Assembly (NCBI GenBank): GCA_041666265.1
Contig: JBAYHH010000001.1
Span: 8,056 to 72,055, forward strand
DNA length: 64,000 nt
Reading direction: 5' to 3'
Source: Candidatus Magasanikiibacteriota bacterium
Lineage (GTDB): Bacteria; Patescibacteriota; Patescibacteriia; Magasanikbacterales; GWA2-37-8
Shown here: positions 38,415 through 46,261 of the stretch, piece by piece
How the letters are laid out: the number at the start of each line of letters is the position of its first letter
How positions within the stretch are numbered: position 1 is the stretch's first letter
The notes under the pieces: generated by a model
Databases searched by the model: none
Seen by the model: the letters and a program-made list of their open reading frames with translations, nothing else
What the model was told of the DNA's origin: nothing
Program-made: the position numbers and the translations under genes

Positions 38415-39404
38415 ATGGATATGATCAAAAAAGCCATATTGACCGGCGGGGGGCGCGCCACGCGCTTGCGGCCGATCACCAATACAATCAATAAACACCT
38501 GATTCCGTTGGCTAATAAGCCGATGATTTTTCATGCTATCGAAAAAGTGGCTCGGGCCGGGGTTACTGAGATTTTTATCAATACCAATCCAGGTGAAACC
38601 GAATTACAAAAAATAATCGGTAATGGCGATCGCTTCGGGGTGAAAATATCATTTTTTGAGCAAGTGGGCGGACCGCAGGGGATCGCTCATGTCGTCAAGC
38701 TCGCGCAAAAATTCATCGGCGATGATCCGTTCATGTTTTATTTATCCGATAATATTATTTTGGCCGAGCTAAATAAGCTCGTGGACAAATTTACCACTGG
38801 TAATTTCGACTGTCTGCTCGCGCTGTCGCAAGTAAAAGACCCGGAACGGTTTGGTGTGCCGATTTTCAATGCCAAGGGCGAACTCATCGAGGTGCAAGAA
38901 AAACCGACTAACCCGCCCAATAATTTCGCCGTCACCGGTATATATTTGTATGGCCCGAAATTATTTTTTGAAGCTTTTGATCATATTGCGAAATCTGCGC
39001 GCGGCGAATACGAAATTTCCGATATCCATTCGTATTTTTTGAAGACCGGTCGTAAGGTGGGTCACGAAGAAATCACCGGCTGGTGGAAAGATACCGGCAA
39101 AGTCGAGGATCTGATTTTGGCCAATAAACTTTTGATGGATTTGTGTGGGATAAAATTCGAGATTGGACAAAATGTGAAGCGGATCGGCAGTGTGAAGATT
39201 GTCGAGCCGGTATGCGTGGGCGATGATTGCGTTTTAGAAAATTGCGCGATCGGTCCATATACGGCGATCGGAAAAAACAGCGTAATAAAAAATACGCGCT
39301 TATCGAACGCGATCGTATTTGAAGAATGCATCGTTGAATCCCCGGTGGAAATTGACCAAATAGTCATTAGTCGCGACTCGACGATGAGTGCGAAAATTGT
39401 CTAA
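38415..39404 (+). CDS. sugar-phosphate nucleotidyltransferase with C-terminal left-handed beta-helix
   Basis: AILTGGGRATRLRPITNTINKHLIPLANKPMIF N-terminus (G1P nucleotidyltransferase signature). Hexapeptide repeats C-terminally. Confidence 0.85.
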   Translation: MDMIKKAILTGGGRATRLRPITNTINKHLIPLANKPMIFHAIEKVARAGVTEIFINTNPGETELQKIIGNGDRFGVKISFFEQVGGPQGIAHVVKLAQKFIGDDPFMFYLSDNIILAELNKLVDKFTTGNFDCLLALSQVKDPERFGVPIFNAKGELIEVQEKPTNPPNNFAVTGIYLYGPKLFFEAFDHIAKSARGEYEISDIHSYFLKTGRKVGHEEITGWWKDTGKVEDLILANKLLMDLCGIKFEIGQNVKRIGSVKIVEPVCVGDDCVLENCAIGPYTAIGKNSVIKNTRLSNAIVFEECIVESPVEIDQIVISRDSTMSAKIV

Positions 39405-39414
39405 TATTATTGTT

Positions 39415-39520
39415 GAAGCCGCACAGTCCGATAATCTTTTCGCTTTCCTCGCGCGCGAGCGCTCAGGGATGGTCCTGCGGGACCATAACCCGCTCAAAGA
39501 ATATCAGACTGCGCGGCTTC
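39415..39520 (+). repeat. conserved structured intergenic element, copy 3
   Basis: Outer stem GAAGCCGCACAGTCCGATA / TATCAGACTGCGCGGCTTC. Core has CTCGCGCGCGAG and ATGGTCC-TGCG-GGACCAT. The right arm overlaps the stop codon of the convergent GT4 gene. Confidence 0.7.
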
Positions 39521-40613
39521 TTAGCTTGTATATTTCCTCTCGCACCTTGCGTGCGAATTCGGCTTCGGTAAATTTGCGCGCGGTGGCGTAGCAGTTTTGT
39601 TCCATGGCGAGCGCTTTGGCCGGTGTCAGCTCGTCTACAGCCTGAATCAAATCATTTTCGGTAGGATCGGCGGGCAACATCACCCCGTTTTTTTGATCCT
39701 CAATGATTTCCAGCAGTCCACCCTCGGCCACGCCGATCACCGGCTTGCCCGCGGTCATTGATTCGACCGGGCTCATGCCAAAATCTTCTCGCACCGGAAT
39801 ATATATAGTGGCCAAGCATTTCCCGAGATATTGTAATAGCTCGTCATCGCTAATCCAGCCGACGATTTTGATATTGTCGTGCCCCTCGGCCATTTTTTGA
39901 ATTTTTTGCAGCTCCGGTCCGCCCGATGCTATGATCAGTTTTTTGTCTGGCATTTGCGTGAACGCTTGCGCGATGAGATCGATGCGCTTGACCGAGTAGA
40001 GGCGCGCCCAAGAAAAAAAATAATCACCCTGACTTAGATTCTTGAAAGGCAAAGTATCACATGGTGGATAGACGACAATAGATTCGAGTCCTAAAAATTT
40101 TTTGATGCGCGCTTGGGTGTTTTTGGAGTTGGTAATGATTTTGTCGAAATGTTTGGATAGCGTTCGAAAGCGCCAGCGATTAAAGCCGGCAAACGGCACA
40201 AACAATATTTTCTTCCACCAGCTATATGAGCGTAATTTTTCGGAGTAACAGTCAAACAAATGACGGGGCGGGGTGTGCATGTAGGCGATATTTTTGGCGT
40301 GGCGCGCGCGTAGCAGGGCGGTGAGGCAATCGCCACTATAGATGACGGTGTCGTAATTTTTGAGAAAACCGGTTTTAAGTAAAAATGATAATTGGACTTG
40401 AAGATAACGAAAGCCCGGGACGCGCGACCAAGATTTTTCGCGATATAGTTCAATCACTCGGCCGGAAATTTGACCGCGCGGGTCAAAAGCGTCTTTGGCG
40501 ATAAAAGCCGTAGCAATATCCGCGTTTAAAATTTTGGCCATACTAATGACCAGGCGTTCGCCTCCGCCTTTGTACAAAAAATAGTCGTGCAGGATAATAA
40601 TCTTATTTGGCAT
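39504..40613 (-). CDS. glycosyltransferase family 4 (GT-B fold)
   Basis: EDFGMSPVESMTAGKPVIGVAEGG is the conserved GT4 C-terminal motif. Confidence 0.85.
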   Translation of the reverse strand: MPNKIIILHDYFLYKGGGERLVISMAKILNADIATAFIAKDAFDPRGQISGRVIELYREKSWSRVPGFRYLQVQLSFLLKTGFLKNYDTVIYSGDCLTALLRARHAKNIAYMHTPPRHLFDCYSEKLRSYSWWKKILFVPFAGFNRWRFRTLSKHFDKIITNSKNTQARIKKFLGLESIVVYPPCDTLPFKNLSQGDYFFSWARLYSVKRIDLIAQAFTQMPDKKLIIASGGPELQKIQKMAEGHDNIKIVGWISDDELLQYLGKCLATIYIPVREDFGMSPVESMTAGKPVIGVAEGGLLEIIEDQKNGVMLPADPTENDLIQAVDELTPAKALAMEQNCYATARKFTEAEFARKVREEIYKLRSRAV

Positions 40614-40646
40614 AATTTAATTATTTGTGTGATAATCGTATTATAT

Positions 40647-40686
40647 ACAAAACAACGCTATGTTACAAGCGTTGTTTTGTTGGTCG
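40647..40686 (+). repeat. direct repeat A (attL/attR-like; partial tRNA-Pro 3' end plus downstream hairpin)
   Basis: ACAAAACAACGCTATGTTACAAGCGTTGTTTTGTTGGTCG, identical to 46115..46154. Confidence 0.9.
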
Positions 40687-40741
40687 AACATCCTAAACGA
40701 TGTTAGAACTTTTTTTGAAAAAAATTATTAAGGGCTATTGT

Positions 40742-40830
40742 GTAGGGACTTCGCCCCTACAACCCCTGCCTACCGGTAGGCAGGCCACGAAAATGGGGCG
40801 GGCAAAAAGGCGCCGCCGTTCTCATTTTTA
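40742..40830 (+). promoter_or_regulatory. cluster of three GC-rich hairpins at the island left end (possible attP remnant, structured leader or terminator cluster)
   Basis: GTAGGG-ACTTCGC-CCCTAC (40742-40760). Perfect 20-bp palindrome CCTGCCTACCGGTAGGCAGG (40765-40784). GGCGG-GCAAAAAGGCG-CCGCC followed by a T-run. Confidence 0.4.
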
Positions 40831-40892
40831 CTCTTGTGGATAACTTTTGATATTTTTCTAAATTTATCTTATATTAGCCAAATTATCACTAC

Positions 40893-40921
40893 TTGACATA
40901 GACCAAATAGTCATATAATAT
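40893..40921 (+). promoter_or_regulatory. candidate promoter of the lexA-like / R-M operon
   Basis: TTGACA at 40893-40898 with TATAAT/TAATAT at 40913-40921, 8-16 nt upstream of ATG 40929. Confidence 0.45.
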
Positions 40922-40928
40922 AGAATAT

Positions 40929-41576
40929 ATGGCTAAAACTATCACCAAAAGACAACTTGATGCACTAAATTTGATATATCAGAATACCAAGAGCTCTGGT
41001 TTTCCGCCTAGTATGGCAGAAATGCGCGACGCACTTAGTGTAGCATCAAATCAATCAATAATCAACCTATTGAAGGCTTTGGAGGAAAAAGGTTGTATAA
41101 AACGCGAAGAAGGGCTTGCGCGTGGATTAAAAATTTTACCAAAAGGATTCAGTGTCCTCGGCGTTGACCCGATAGTTCCGGTCGTAGGGCAGAGTTCGTG
41201 CGGTCCGTTTATTGAGGCCACGCAAGAAATTGGCAACTGGACTGTGTTGCCGGGCATAACCAACGAAGTACAAGAATCGCAGGACAAAATTTTTGCCATT
41301 CAGGTGTGTGGCGATAGTATGATTAACGCCGGCATTTATGATGGGGATATGTTATTGGTAAAACAGACACGCGAATTTAAAAATGGTGATATTGTAGTCG
41401 CTCGTAGCGATGACGGCACCACCGTTAAAAGATTCGTTGCAGAAAATAAACGCGCTTATCTAAAGCCGGAAAATCCGGCCTACAAAAATATTCCAATTTT
41501 TGAAGAAACATATTTTGATGGCAAAGTAATTGCCAATTTAAGTACTTTAAAAAGAATGTATGAACCAAAAAATTAA
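40929..41576 (+). CDS. lexA: LexA-type repressor (winged-HTH + S24 peptidase)
   Basis: N-terminus collinear with the LexA DNA-binding domain (LTKRQLDALNLIYQNTKSSGFPPSMAEMRDALSV...LLKALEEKGCIKR). S24 catalytic Ser (VCGDSMINAGIYDGDMLLV) and Lys (TTVKRF). The putative cleavage site is Cys-Gly (VGQSSCGPF), as in UmuD. Confidence 0.85.
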   Translation: MAKTITKRQLDALNLIYQNTKSSGFPPSMAEMRDALSVASNQSIINLLKALEEKGCIKREEGLARGLKILPKGFSVLGVDPIVPVVGQSSCGPFIEATQEIGNWTVLPGITNEVQESQDKIFAIQVCGDSMINAGIYDGDMLLVKQTREFKNGDIVVARSDDGTTVKRFVAENKRAYLKPENPAYKNIPIFEETYFDGKVIANLSTLKRMYEPKN

Positions 41577-43488
41577 CAGCGCGGTGCTAAATAAAATTTT
41601 TCACGATTCCGGCGCGCAATACGGCCTTAAAGAATTTGAAAATGTCAAACCGGTGGAGGTTTTGGATATTTTTGAGAAAGAAAAAGGCAAATTTTATATT
41701 AAATGTCTCAAGCGCGACAAAGATATTTTATTGTTTAGCAACGAAAAGAATTTATCCAAGCCCGAGGAAGTTATTCGTCAATTATGGTTATTTAAATTGA
41801 CCAAATATTATAATTACCCGCTTGACCGGATTGATTTGGAAAAAGATATTCGTTTTGGACATGAGATTCACGCTAAAGCGGCGGATATCATTATTTATCG
41901 TGAAGATAAAGAAACTCCGCTTATAATCATTGAAACCAAAAATCCGGCGGTAGAAAAGGGTTTAGATCAATTAAAAACCTATATCAATTCCGAAGGCGCG
42001 CCTATCGGCGTGTGGAGCAATGGCGTGGAAAAAGTCGTTTTGTACCGCCCTTATCCGCGCGAATTCCAAACTTTACGCGATTTACCACGCGTAGATCAAA
42101 CAATTGACGATGTCTTGGAGGAAAAATTAACCCTTGACGATTTACACAAAGATTATGATTTGGTAAAAATTCTCAAAATTTTAGAGGAACTTGTTTTGGC
42201 CAGCGCGGGTGTAGATTCGTTTAATGAAATTTTTAAACTCATTTACGCCAAGTTATTTGACGAAAAAGAGGCGCGCAAACGAAAAGATAATGAATTGTAT
42301 TTCCGACAGTCCAAAGATCCAAAAATTACTCTTGATGTTATTAATAAACTTTTTCAGAGCGCCTGCCAAGAGTGGCCAGGGATATTTAGTAGTTATGAAA
42401 AAATAGAACTTACGCCCAATCACCTCGCTGTTTGTGTGGATGAATTTTCAAAAATAAGATTATTGGACGCTAATTTGGAAGTAATTGATGCCGCCTTTGA
42501 ATATTTATTACCTGATGTCGCCAAGGGCAAACGCGGGCAATATTTCACTCCGCGCCATGTGATAGATATGGCGGTAAAAATGCTCAATCCCAAGGACGGT
42601 GAATATATTATTGATCCGGCATGTGGGAGCGGTGGATTTCTTATTCACGCCATGCGTTATGTTTGGAACAACAACTTAAAACACGCTGACAAACAAGCCA
42701 AAACAGATTATGCCCGCAAATATATCTATGGAATTGATTTTGATGATAAACCGGTAAAAATCGCCCGCGCCATGATGCTTATTGCTGGTGACGGTAAATC
42801 ACACATCTTGAAATTGAATTCGCTTAACACCAAAGAGTGGCAGGGTGATGAAAGCGAAAAAGAACGCGCGCGCGCCGAATTGCGCGATCGATTACACAAA
42901 TTTGATGATTACGACAAAGACAAAAATAATAAAGATAACTTTAAATATTTTGACTTTGATATTTTATTATCAAACCCACCCTTTGCTGGCGAGATTCACG
43001 AAACCCCACTACTCAAAGAATACGAACTGGCAAAAAACGACAAAGGCAAGTTGCGTAATAAAATGGAGCGACACATTTTGTTTATTGAACGCTCGCTTGA
43101 TTTGGTAAAACCAGGTGGGCGTATGGCGATTGTTTTACCGCAGGGCGTGTTTAATAATAGCAACATGGAATATGTGCGCGATTACTTATTGGACAAAGCA
43201 CGTATTTTGGCAGTCGTTGGATTAGAAGTAAACACATTCAAACCGCACACCGGCACCAAGACCAGTGTAATATTTTTACAAAAATGGGGCGCAAAAGAAA
43301 ACAAACCAAAGGATTATCCTATTTTTATGGCCGTTTCCAAAAAATCAGGCAAGGATAATTCCGGCGATTATGTTTATCGCAAGGACAAAGAAGGCAGTTT
43401 GATGTTTGATGAGCAGGGGAAAAAAATATTGGAGCATGATTTGGATGAAATTGCGGAGGAGTATTTGAAATTTACAGAAAAAATATGA
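41560..43488 (+). CDS. BcgI-A-like bifunctional restriction endonuclease / N6-adenine DNA methyltransferase
   Basis: N-terminal HSDR_N-type PD-(D/E)xK motif (AADIIIY...PLIIIETK...LDQLKTY). Gamma-class N6-MTase motifs (DPACGSGGFL, NPPF). 642 aa, comparable to BcgI A subunit. Start overlaps the lexA-like gene by 17 nt. Confidence 0.8.
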   Translation: MNQKINSAVLNKIFHDSGAQYGLKEFENVKPVEVLDIFEKEKGKFYIKCLKRDKDILLFSNEKNLSKPEEVIRQLWLFKLTKYYNYPLDRIDLEKDIRFGHEIHAKAADIIIYREDKETPLIIIETKNPAVEKGLDQLKTYINSEGAPIGVWSNGVEKVVLYRPYPREFQTLRDLPRVDQTIDDVLEEKLTLDDLHKDYDLVKILKILEELVLASAGVDSFNEIFKLIYAKLFDEKEARKRKDNELYFRQSKDPKITLDVINKLFQSACQEWPGIFSSYEKIELTPNHLAVCVDEFSKIRLLDANLEVIDAAFEYLLPDVAKGKRGQYFTPRHVIDMAVKMLNPKDGEYIIDPACGSGGFLIHAMRYVWNNNLKHADKQAKTDYARKYIYGIDFDDKPVKIARAMMLIAGDGKSHILKLNSLNTKEWQGDESEKERARAELRDRLHKFDDYDKDKNNKDNFKYFDFDILLSNPPFAGEIHETPLLKEYELAKNDKGKLRNKMERHILFIERSLDLVKPGGRMAIVLPQGVFNNSNMEYVRDYLLDKARILAVVGLEVNTFKPHTGTKTSVIFLQKWGAKENKPKDYPIFMAVSKKSGKDNSGDYVYRKDKEGSLMFDEQGKKILEHDLDEIAEEYLKFTEKI

Positions 43489-44342
43489 CATTAGCAGATT
43501 TATTAACCGAAAGGATTAATGAGACCGGATTTCCTTTCCAGGAGGAATGCTACCAATTTATTAAAGATACAAAAAATTTTGTTACAAAAGAATATCCATA
43601 TTCGTTTATCGGAGTTGATGGTTCGGTAGATATTTTGACTTTAAAGATTCCGCCCCTTGATGATTTTGGCGATTCTTTTTGGCCAATCATGTCTATTGAA
43701 TGTAAAAAAAGTAAACCCGGTATTAAAAATTGGTGCTTTATTAAGACGGATAGAGGTGGTTATGGAACAAAACCATTATTTGTGGTTTCAATAGTAAGCG
43801 CGGAAAGTGAAGCAAAATTATCATTTTCATCTGAATTATACTCATTTGATAGATTGAAATTTTTTAACGACAAAATGGTAACAATTGATGAAGTTGTAAA
43901 TTTTGGGTTTGAAAGCAACATACTTGCGGAATCTCTTAATAGAAATCAGGAAGAAAAAATTTATAAGTCGCTACTTCAAAGCGTAAGCGGTATTACTTAT
44001 GTTGAGAAAAAAAAGTTTCCCAATATACCGGAGCTGCGGCTGAATGAAGACAAAATTAATGGATTAAGTCGTAGGACACTTCCGCCGTCATACCCGACAA
44101 TTATTTTTATACCAATAGTGTTGACCACATCGGACTTATATGTGGCTAATTTTAATCCTAATAATGTTAAAGACGGTGAAATTGATAATGGAAGTGTCAC
44201 CTGGGTTCAGAAGAATTGGGTTTTTTATGATTTTGGTTTGCCTGATTATCTGCAACAAGATGAACTGGTTTACAGAGGCGTATTTATTGTCAACAATAAA
44301 CATTTTCCGGTATTTTATAATACATTGATGCCATCATTTTAA
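43485..44342 (+). CDS. hypothetical protein, possible PD-(D/E)xK nuclease-fold accessory protein
   Basis: 285 aa, ATGA-overlapped with the MTase gene. Candidate motif GVDGSVDILTL...IMSIECKKSK. No other homology recognisable by eye. Confidence 0.45.
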   Translation: MTLADLLTERINETGFPFQEECYQFIKDTKNFVTKEYPYSFIGVDGSVDILTLKIPPLDDFGDSFWPIMSIECKKSKPGIKNWCFIKTDRGGYGTKPLFVVSIVSAESEAKLSFSSELYSFDRLKFFNDKMVTIDEVVNFGFESNILAESLNRNQEEKIYKSLLQSVSGITYVEKKKFPNIPELRLNEDKINGLSRRTLPPSYPTIIFIPIVLTTSDLYVANFNPNNVKDGEIDNGSVTWVQKNWVFYDFGLPDYLQQDELVYRGVFIVNNKHFPVFYNTLMPSF

Positions 44343-44345
44343 TTT

Positions 44346-45722
44346 ATGGTTTTTTCAATAATACAAAAGTCCCAACTTGAGGGCGCACAACGATTAGATG
44401 CTGAATATTATCAGCCAGAGTATTTAAAATTGGAGAGTAATTTGGGAAAAAATAATTTATCCCTAAAATTTTTTAGTGATATTTTAGAAAAGGAGAATTC
44501 TTTGACCGGAGGTGCCACTCCATTGGGCGCAGACTACCCAAGTAGTGGAGTTAGATTTTTGCGTGTACAAAATATTATGCAAGGATTTTTAGATTTTGAT
44601 GATGTTGTATTTATCTCTCAGCAAACAAATGATAATCAGTTAAAACGATCTCAATTAGTGGACAGTGATGTGTTATTAACCATCACTGGTGTTTCTTATG
44701 GCAAATCGGCGGTGTATAAAAAATCTTGTGGCCCATGTAATATTAATCAACATTCTGTTAGAATGCGTTTTATTGAAAAAATTTTACCTGAATATGTTGC
44801 TACTTTTTTAAATTCAAAATATGGTAGATTTCAATCGGATAGAAAAATTACAGGTGACACCCGACCAGCGCTAGCATACGAAGAAATTAAAAATTATTTA
44901 ATTCCAATATTTGACATTGAGCAACAAAAAAATATTCAAAAAATTTATACTAAAGCGAATAATTTATTGGATGAATCAGAGAATATATATAAAAACGCTT
45001 TAGATATTTTTTTAAGCGAAACAAATGTAAATTGGTTTAGTGAGAATAAAATTTATTATTCCGTTGTTAATTTATTCGAAGTACAAACCGTCAATCGTTT
45101 TGACGCAGAATATTTTAATTCCCCGTGCAATAAAATTCTAACGCAGATTATTAAAGGCAAAACCGCCAAATTAGGCGACCTGGCGGACATGACAAAAGGT
45201 GTTGAGCCTGGGGCCGACGCGTATCAAGATGAAGGAAAATTATTTATCCGCGTTAGTAGTATTTCCAAAGATGGCATAATAGATAAAGACCAAAAATATT
45301 TGAGTGATGATTTGTATAATGAATATAAAAAAGATTACCAACCACAGGTTGGTGATGTACTTTTGACAAAAGATGCTTCGATAGGCGTTGCTTGTGTGGT
45401 ACGAGAGTCGGTTGAAGGAATTGTGGCTGGTGGAGTTTTACGATTAAAATTAAAGGAAAAGATGAATCCGGAATATTTGGCTTTAGTGTTAAATTCTATC
45501 GTTGGTCAAATGCAGGCCAAACGAGACGCCGGTGGCTCTATTATCGCTCACTGGAAACCAGAACAAATAAAAAATTTAGTAGTTCCAATTTTGCCTGCCG
45601 CAACTCAAGAAAAAATCGCGGGCTTGATCGTTAAATCGCACGAAGCCCGTAAAAAAGCGAAGAGGTTACTTGAAGAGGCAAAATTAAAGGTCGAGGAAAT
45701 GATAGAAAAAGGAGGTAGATAA
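44346..45722 (+). CDS. restriction-modification specificity subunit (HsdS/BcgI-B-like) with two target-recognition domains
   Basis: Duplicated TRD framing motifs (RLDAEYYQPEY and RFDAEYFNSP). Conserved central and C-terminal helices. Confidence 0.85.
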   Translation: MVFSIIQKSQLEGAQRLDAEYYQPEYLKLESNLGKNNLSLKFFSDILEKENSLTGGATPLGADYPSSGVRFLRVQNIMQGFLDFDDVVFISQQTNDNQLKRSQLVDSDVLLTITGVSYGKSAVYKKSCGPCNINQHSVRMRFIEKILPEYVATFLNSKYGRFQSDRKITGDTRPALAYEEIKNYLIPIFDIEQQKNIQKIYTKANNLLDESENIYKNALDIFLSETNVNWFSENKIYYSVVNLFEVQTVNRFDAEYFNSPCNKILTQIIKGKTAKLGDLADMTKGVEPGADAYQDEGKLFIRVSSISKDGIIDKDQKYLSDDLYNEYKKDYQPQVGDVLLTKDASIGVACVVRESVEGIVAGGVLRLKLKEKMNPEYLALVLNSIVGQMQAKRDAGGSIIAHWKPEQIKNLVVPILPAATQEKIAGLIVKSHEARKKAKRLLEEAKLKVEEMIEKGGR

Positions 45723-46114
45723 TAATAATAATTTTATGTCGTGGATAAAAGTAAAGGATCCAAATTTTTTCCCAAGGTTACCGAGCTTACCGCGATTACC
45801 TCGGTTGCCAAGTTTGCCGAAAATACCAAAAATCCCATCAATCAGACCGATAAAGCCAATAGCACCATTGGGTTATAAGTATGTTTGGCGTGAACCCAAA
45901 TAATTTGAAGTAGGTAGAGCGAGCGGGATGGAGGAGTGCCAAGATCCGAGGAGGTTGGTAATTACGAAAGCCCAACCCAACCGCGACCGAAATAATTGTT
46001 TCCAAAACCTCGCTAAAAAGTGGGGTTTTGTTTTCTAAAATTGGGAGCACCATTTGCCCGCCCGATTAATAATTTTTTTAAAAAAGGTTCGAGCTTCGTT
46101 CAGTAATTACGACA

Positions 46115-46154
46115 ACAAAACAACGCTATGTTACAAGCGTTGTTTTGTTGGTCG
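46115..46154 (+). repeat. direct repeat B (overlaps the 3' terminus of tRNA-Pro)
   Basis: Identical 40-mer. 46149..46154 are the tRNA 3' end (CGACCA on the minus strand). Confidence 0.9.
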
Positions 46155-46225
46155 GGGTGCCGGGACTTGAACCCGGAATCTCGTGAACCCGAATCACGCG
46201 CCTTAGCCAATTGGGCCACACCCCG
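46149..46225 (-). tRNA. tRNA-Pro (anticodon CGG), CCA encoded
   Basis: Manual cloverleaf. Acceptor CGGGGTG/CACCCCG. U8. D-arm GCCC/GGC with loop containing GG. Anticodon stem CGTGA/TCACG with loop TTCGGGT. T-arm CCGGG-TTCAAGT-CCCGG. Discriminator A then CCA. Confidence 0.85.
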
Positions 46226-46261
46226 TAGTGAGATGGATTGTATCACCCTATCGCGAAAAAA

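Larger units (their letters stand above)
40647..46154. mobile_element. ~5.4-kb genomic island at the tRNA-Pro 3' end, bounded by 40-bp direct repeats. Cargo is a lexA-like gene plus a BcgI-like Type IIB R-M system. No integrase detected.
   Basis: Perfect 40-bp direct repeats at 40647..40686 and 46115..46154. The right copy includes the last 6 nt (CGACCA) of tRNA-Pro and its downstream hairpin. The interior is markedly AT-rich compared with the flanks. Confidence 0.65.

Noticed and set aside
39415-39520. Interpretation of the three structured elements as classical MITEs with conserved terminal inverted repeats
   Set aside because: The outer stems are different in every copy, so they are not conserved TIRs. 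Only complementarity is conserved, which points to RNA-level or secondary-structure selection rather than transposase recognition. They are kept as a structured-element family instead.
40687-40717. Possible LexA/Cheo-type SOS box (GAACATCCTAAACGATGTTAGAAC) next to direct repeat A
   Set aside because: It does not fit the GAAC-N4-GTTC or CTGT-N8-ACAG consensus. It is followed by a T-run and lies 200 bp upstream of the lexA promoter. It is more plausibly a terminator hairpin (AACATC/GATGTT).
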